Of a stretch of DNA of 64,000 nucleotides, positions 63,148-64,000 are shown piece after piece (positions within the stretch are counted from its first letter, which is position 1; each line of letters begins with the position of its first letter). This stretch comes from Mobula hypostoma. Lineage: Eukaryota. Location of the stretch: the NCBI RefSeq assembly GCF_963921235.1, contig NC_086097.1, positions 178,252,001-178,316,000 on the forward strand, read 5' to 3'. The position numbers and the translations under genes are program-made. The notes beneath the pieces were generated by a model that saw nothing but the letters and a program-made list of their open reading frames with translations, searched no databases and had not been told where the DNA came from.

Positions 63148-63324
63148 TAAGATGCTTGAGGAACGCAGCGGACCAGGCAGCATCTGTGGAAAAGAGTAAA
63201 CTAATGTTTTGGGCGAAGATCCTTCATTCAGTCTCTTTTCCATAGATGCCGCCTGGCCAGCTGAATTCCTCCAGTTTTCATTGTGTGTTGCTTTGGAATT
63301 CCAGCAATTGCAGATTTTCTCATA
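63148..63324. mobile_element. Older fold-back Penelope-end insertion
   Basis: gaggaacgcagcggaccaggcagcatctgtggaaaagag ... ctcttttccatagatgccgcctggccagctgaattcctc; 15-bp TSD tttgagttcctctat at 63133-63147 and 63325-63339. Confidence 0.82.
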
Positions 63325-64000
63325 TTTGAGTTCCTCTATCACTTTATATTGCAACATCTGCAGTCGCTTATGTTCCCGTCAAACCAGTCTCATTCTCTGT
63401 TTGGTCATGTCTCTTTGAAGAGATAATTAAAATGGATCTTGTTGAATGGGGAGTTAGCTCTGGAATAGGCAACTCTGGCTCTTGGTTCTTTGGACGGCAA
63501 GTCACCAGTTAGAGCACCTAGTACAGAGTTAGGAAGTTATTTGTAGTTACCAAAGATATTGATGAGGCCATATTTTGAATATTCTGTTCCGTTTTTGTCA
63601 GCCTGGTATAGGAAAGATGCCTTTAAGCTGGAAAAAGTGCAGATCAGATTAATGAGGATTGTTGCCTGCCCAACCTCTCCCTATAATCCAGTCCCCGGAA
63701 TCATGGAAACATCCTCGTAAATCTTACCATTAGACCTAATCCCAAGTTATGTCTCTCTCACCTCCCTGTTCTCCTGCCACCCAACCATAAGCGGGGGTTG
63801 GGGGGGGGGCGGATTTTAACCAACCGACATAAGATGAGAGGAAATTGGAACAGTACATTGAACACAGAACAGTAGAGTACAATATAGGCTCTTCAGCCAA
63901 CCTTTTAACCTGCTCCAAGTTTGATCTCACCCTTCCCTTCCACATAGCACTCCACTTCTCTTTCATCCCTGTGACTATTTTAAGAGTCTCTTAAATGTCC

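Overview
Vertebrate genomic DNA, not prokaryotic. The repeat landscape (CR1 LINEs, Penelope elements, Rex1/Babar, tRNA-SINEs) suggests a cartilaginous fish, probably a ray; this is an inference. The only confidently recognised host gene is the 3' part of SS18 (QPGY-rich BAF subunit) on the + strand: three GT-AG exons at 1759-1851, 2557-2676 and 11892-12019. I could not find its canonical last exon (GQYGNYQQ*) in the window. Most of the rest is decayed or nested transposable elements: CR1 LINEs (one near full length with an esterase ORF1), Penelope-like elements carrying minimal hammerhead ribozymes, short fold-back Penelope-end insertions, Rex1/Babar fragments, a young Tx1/L1-like insertion, two solo LTRs, a Gypsy gag-protease relic, a hAT derivative and SINEs. 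Points of interest are a series of minus-strand exon-like blocks at about 16-20.5 kb (possible decayed antisense gene), two co-oriented extended CTCF motifs, a TAAT-rich repeat-free block, and long hairpins. Family names come from motif recognition by eye, not database searches. Repeat boundaries without a stated TSD are approximate.
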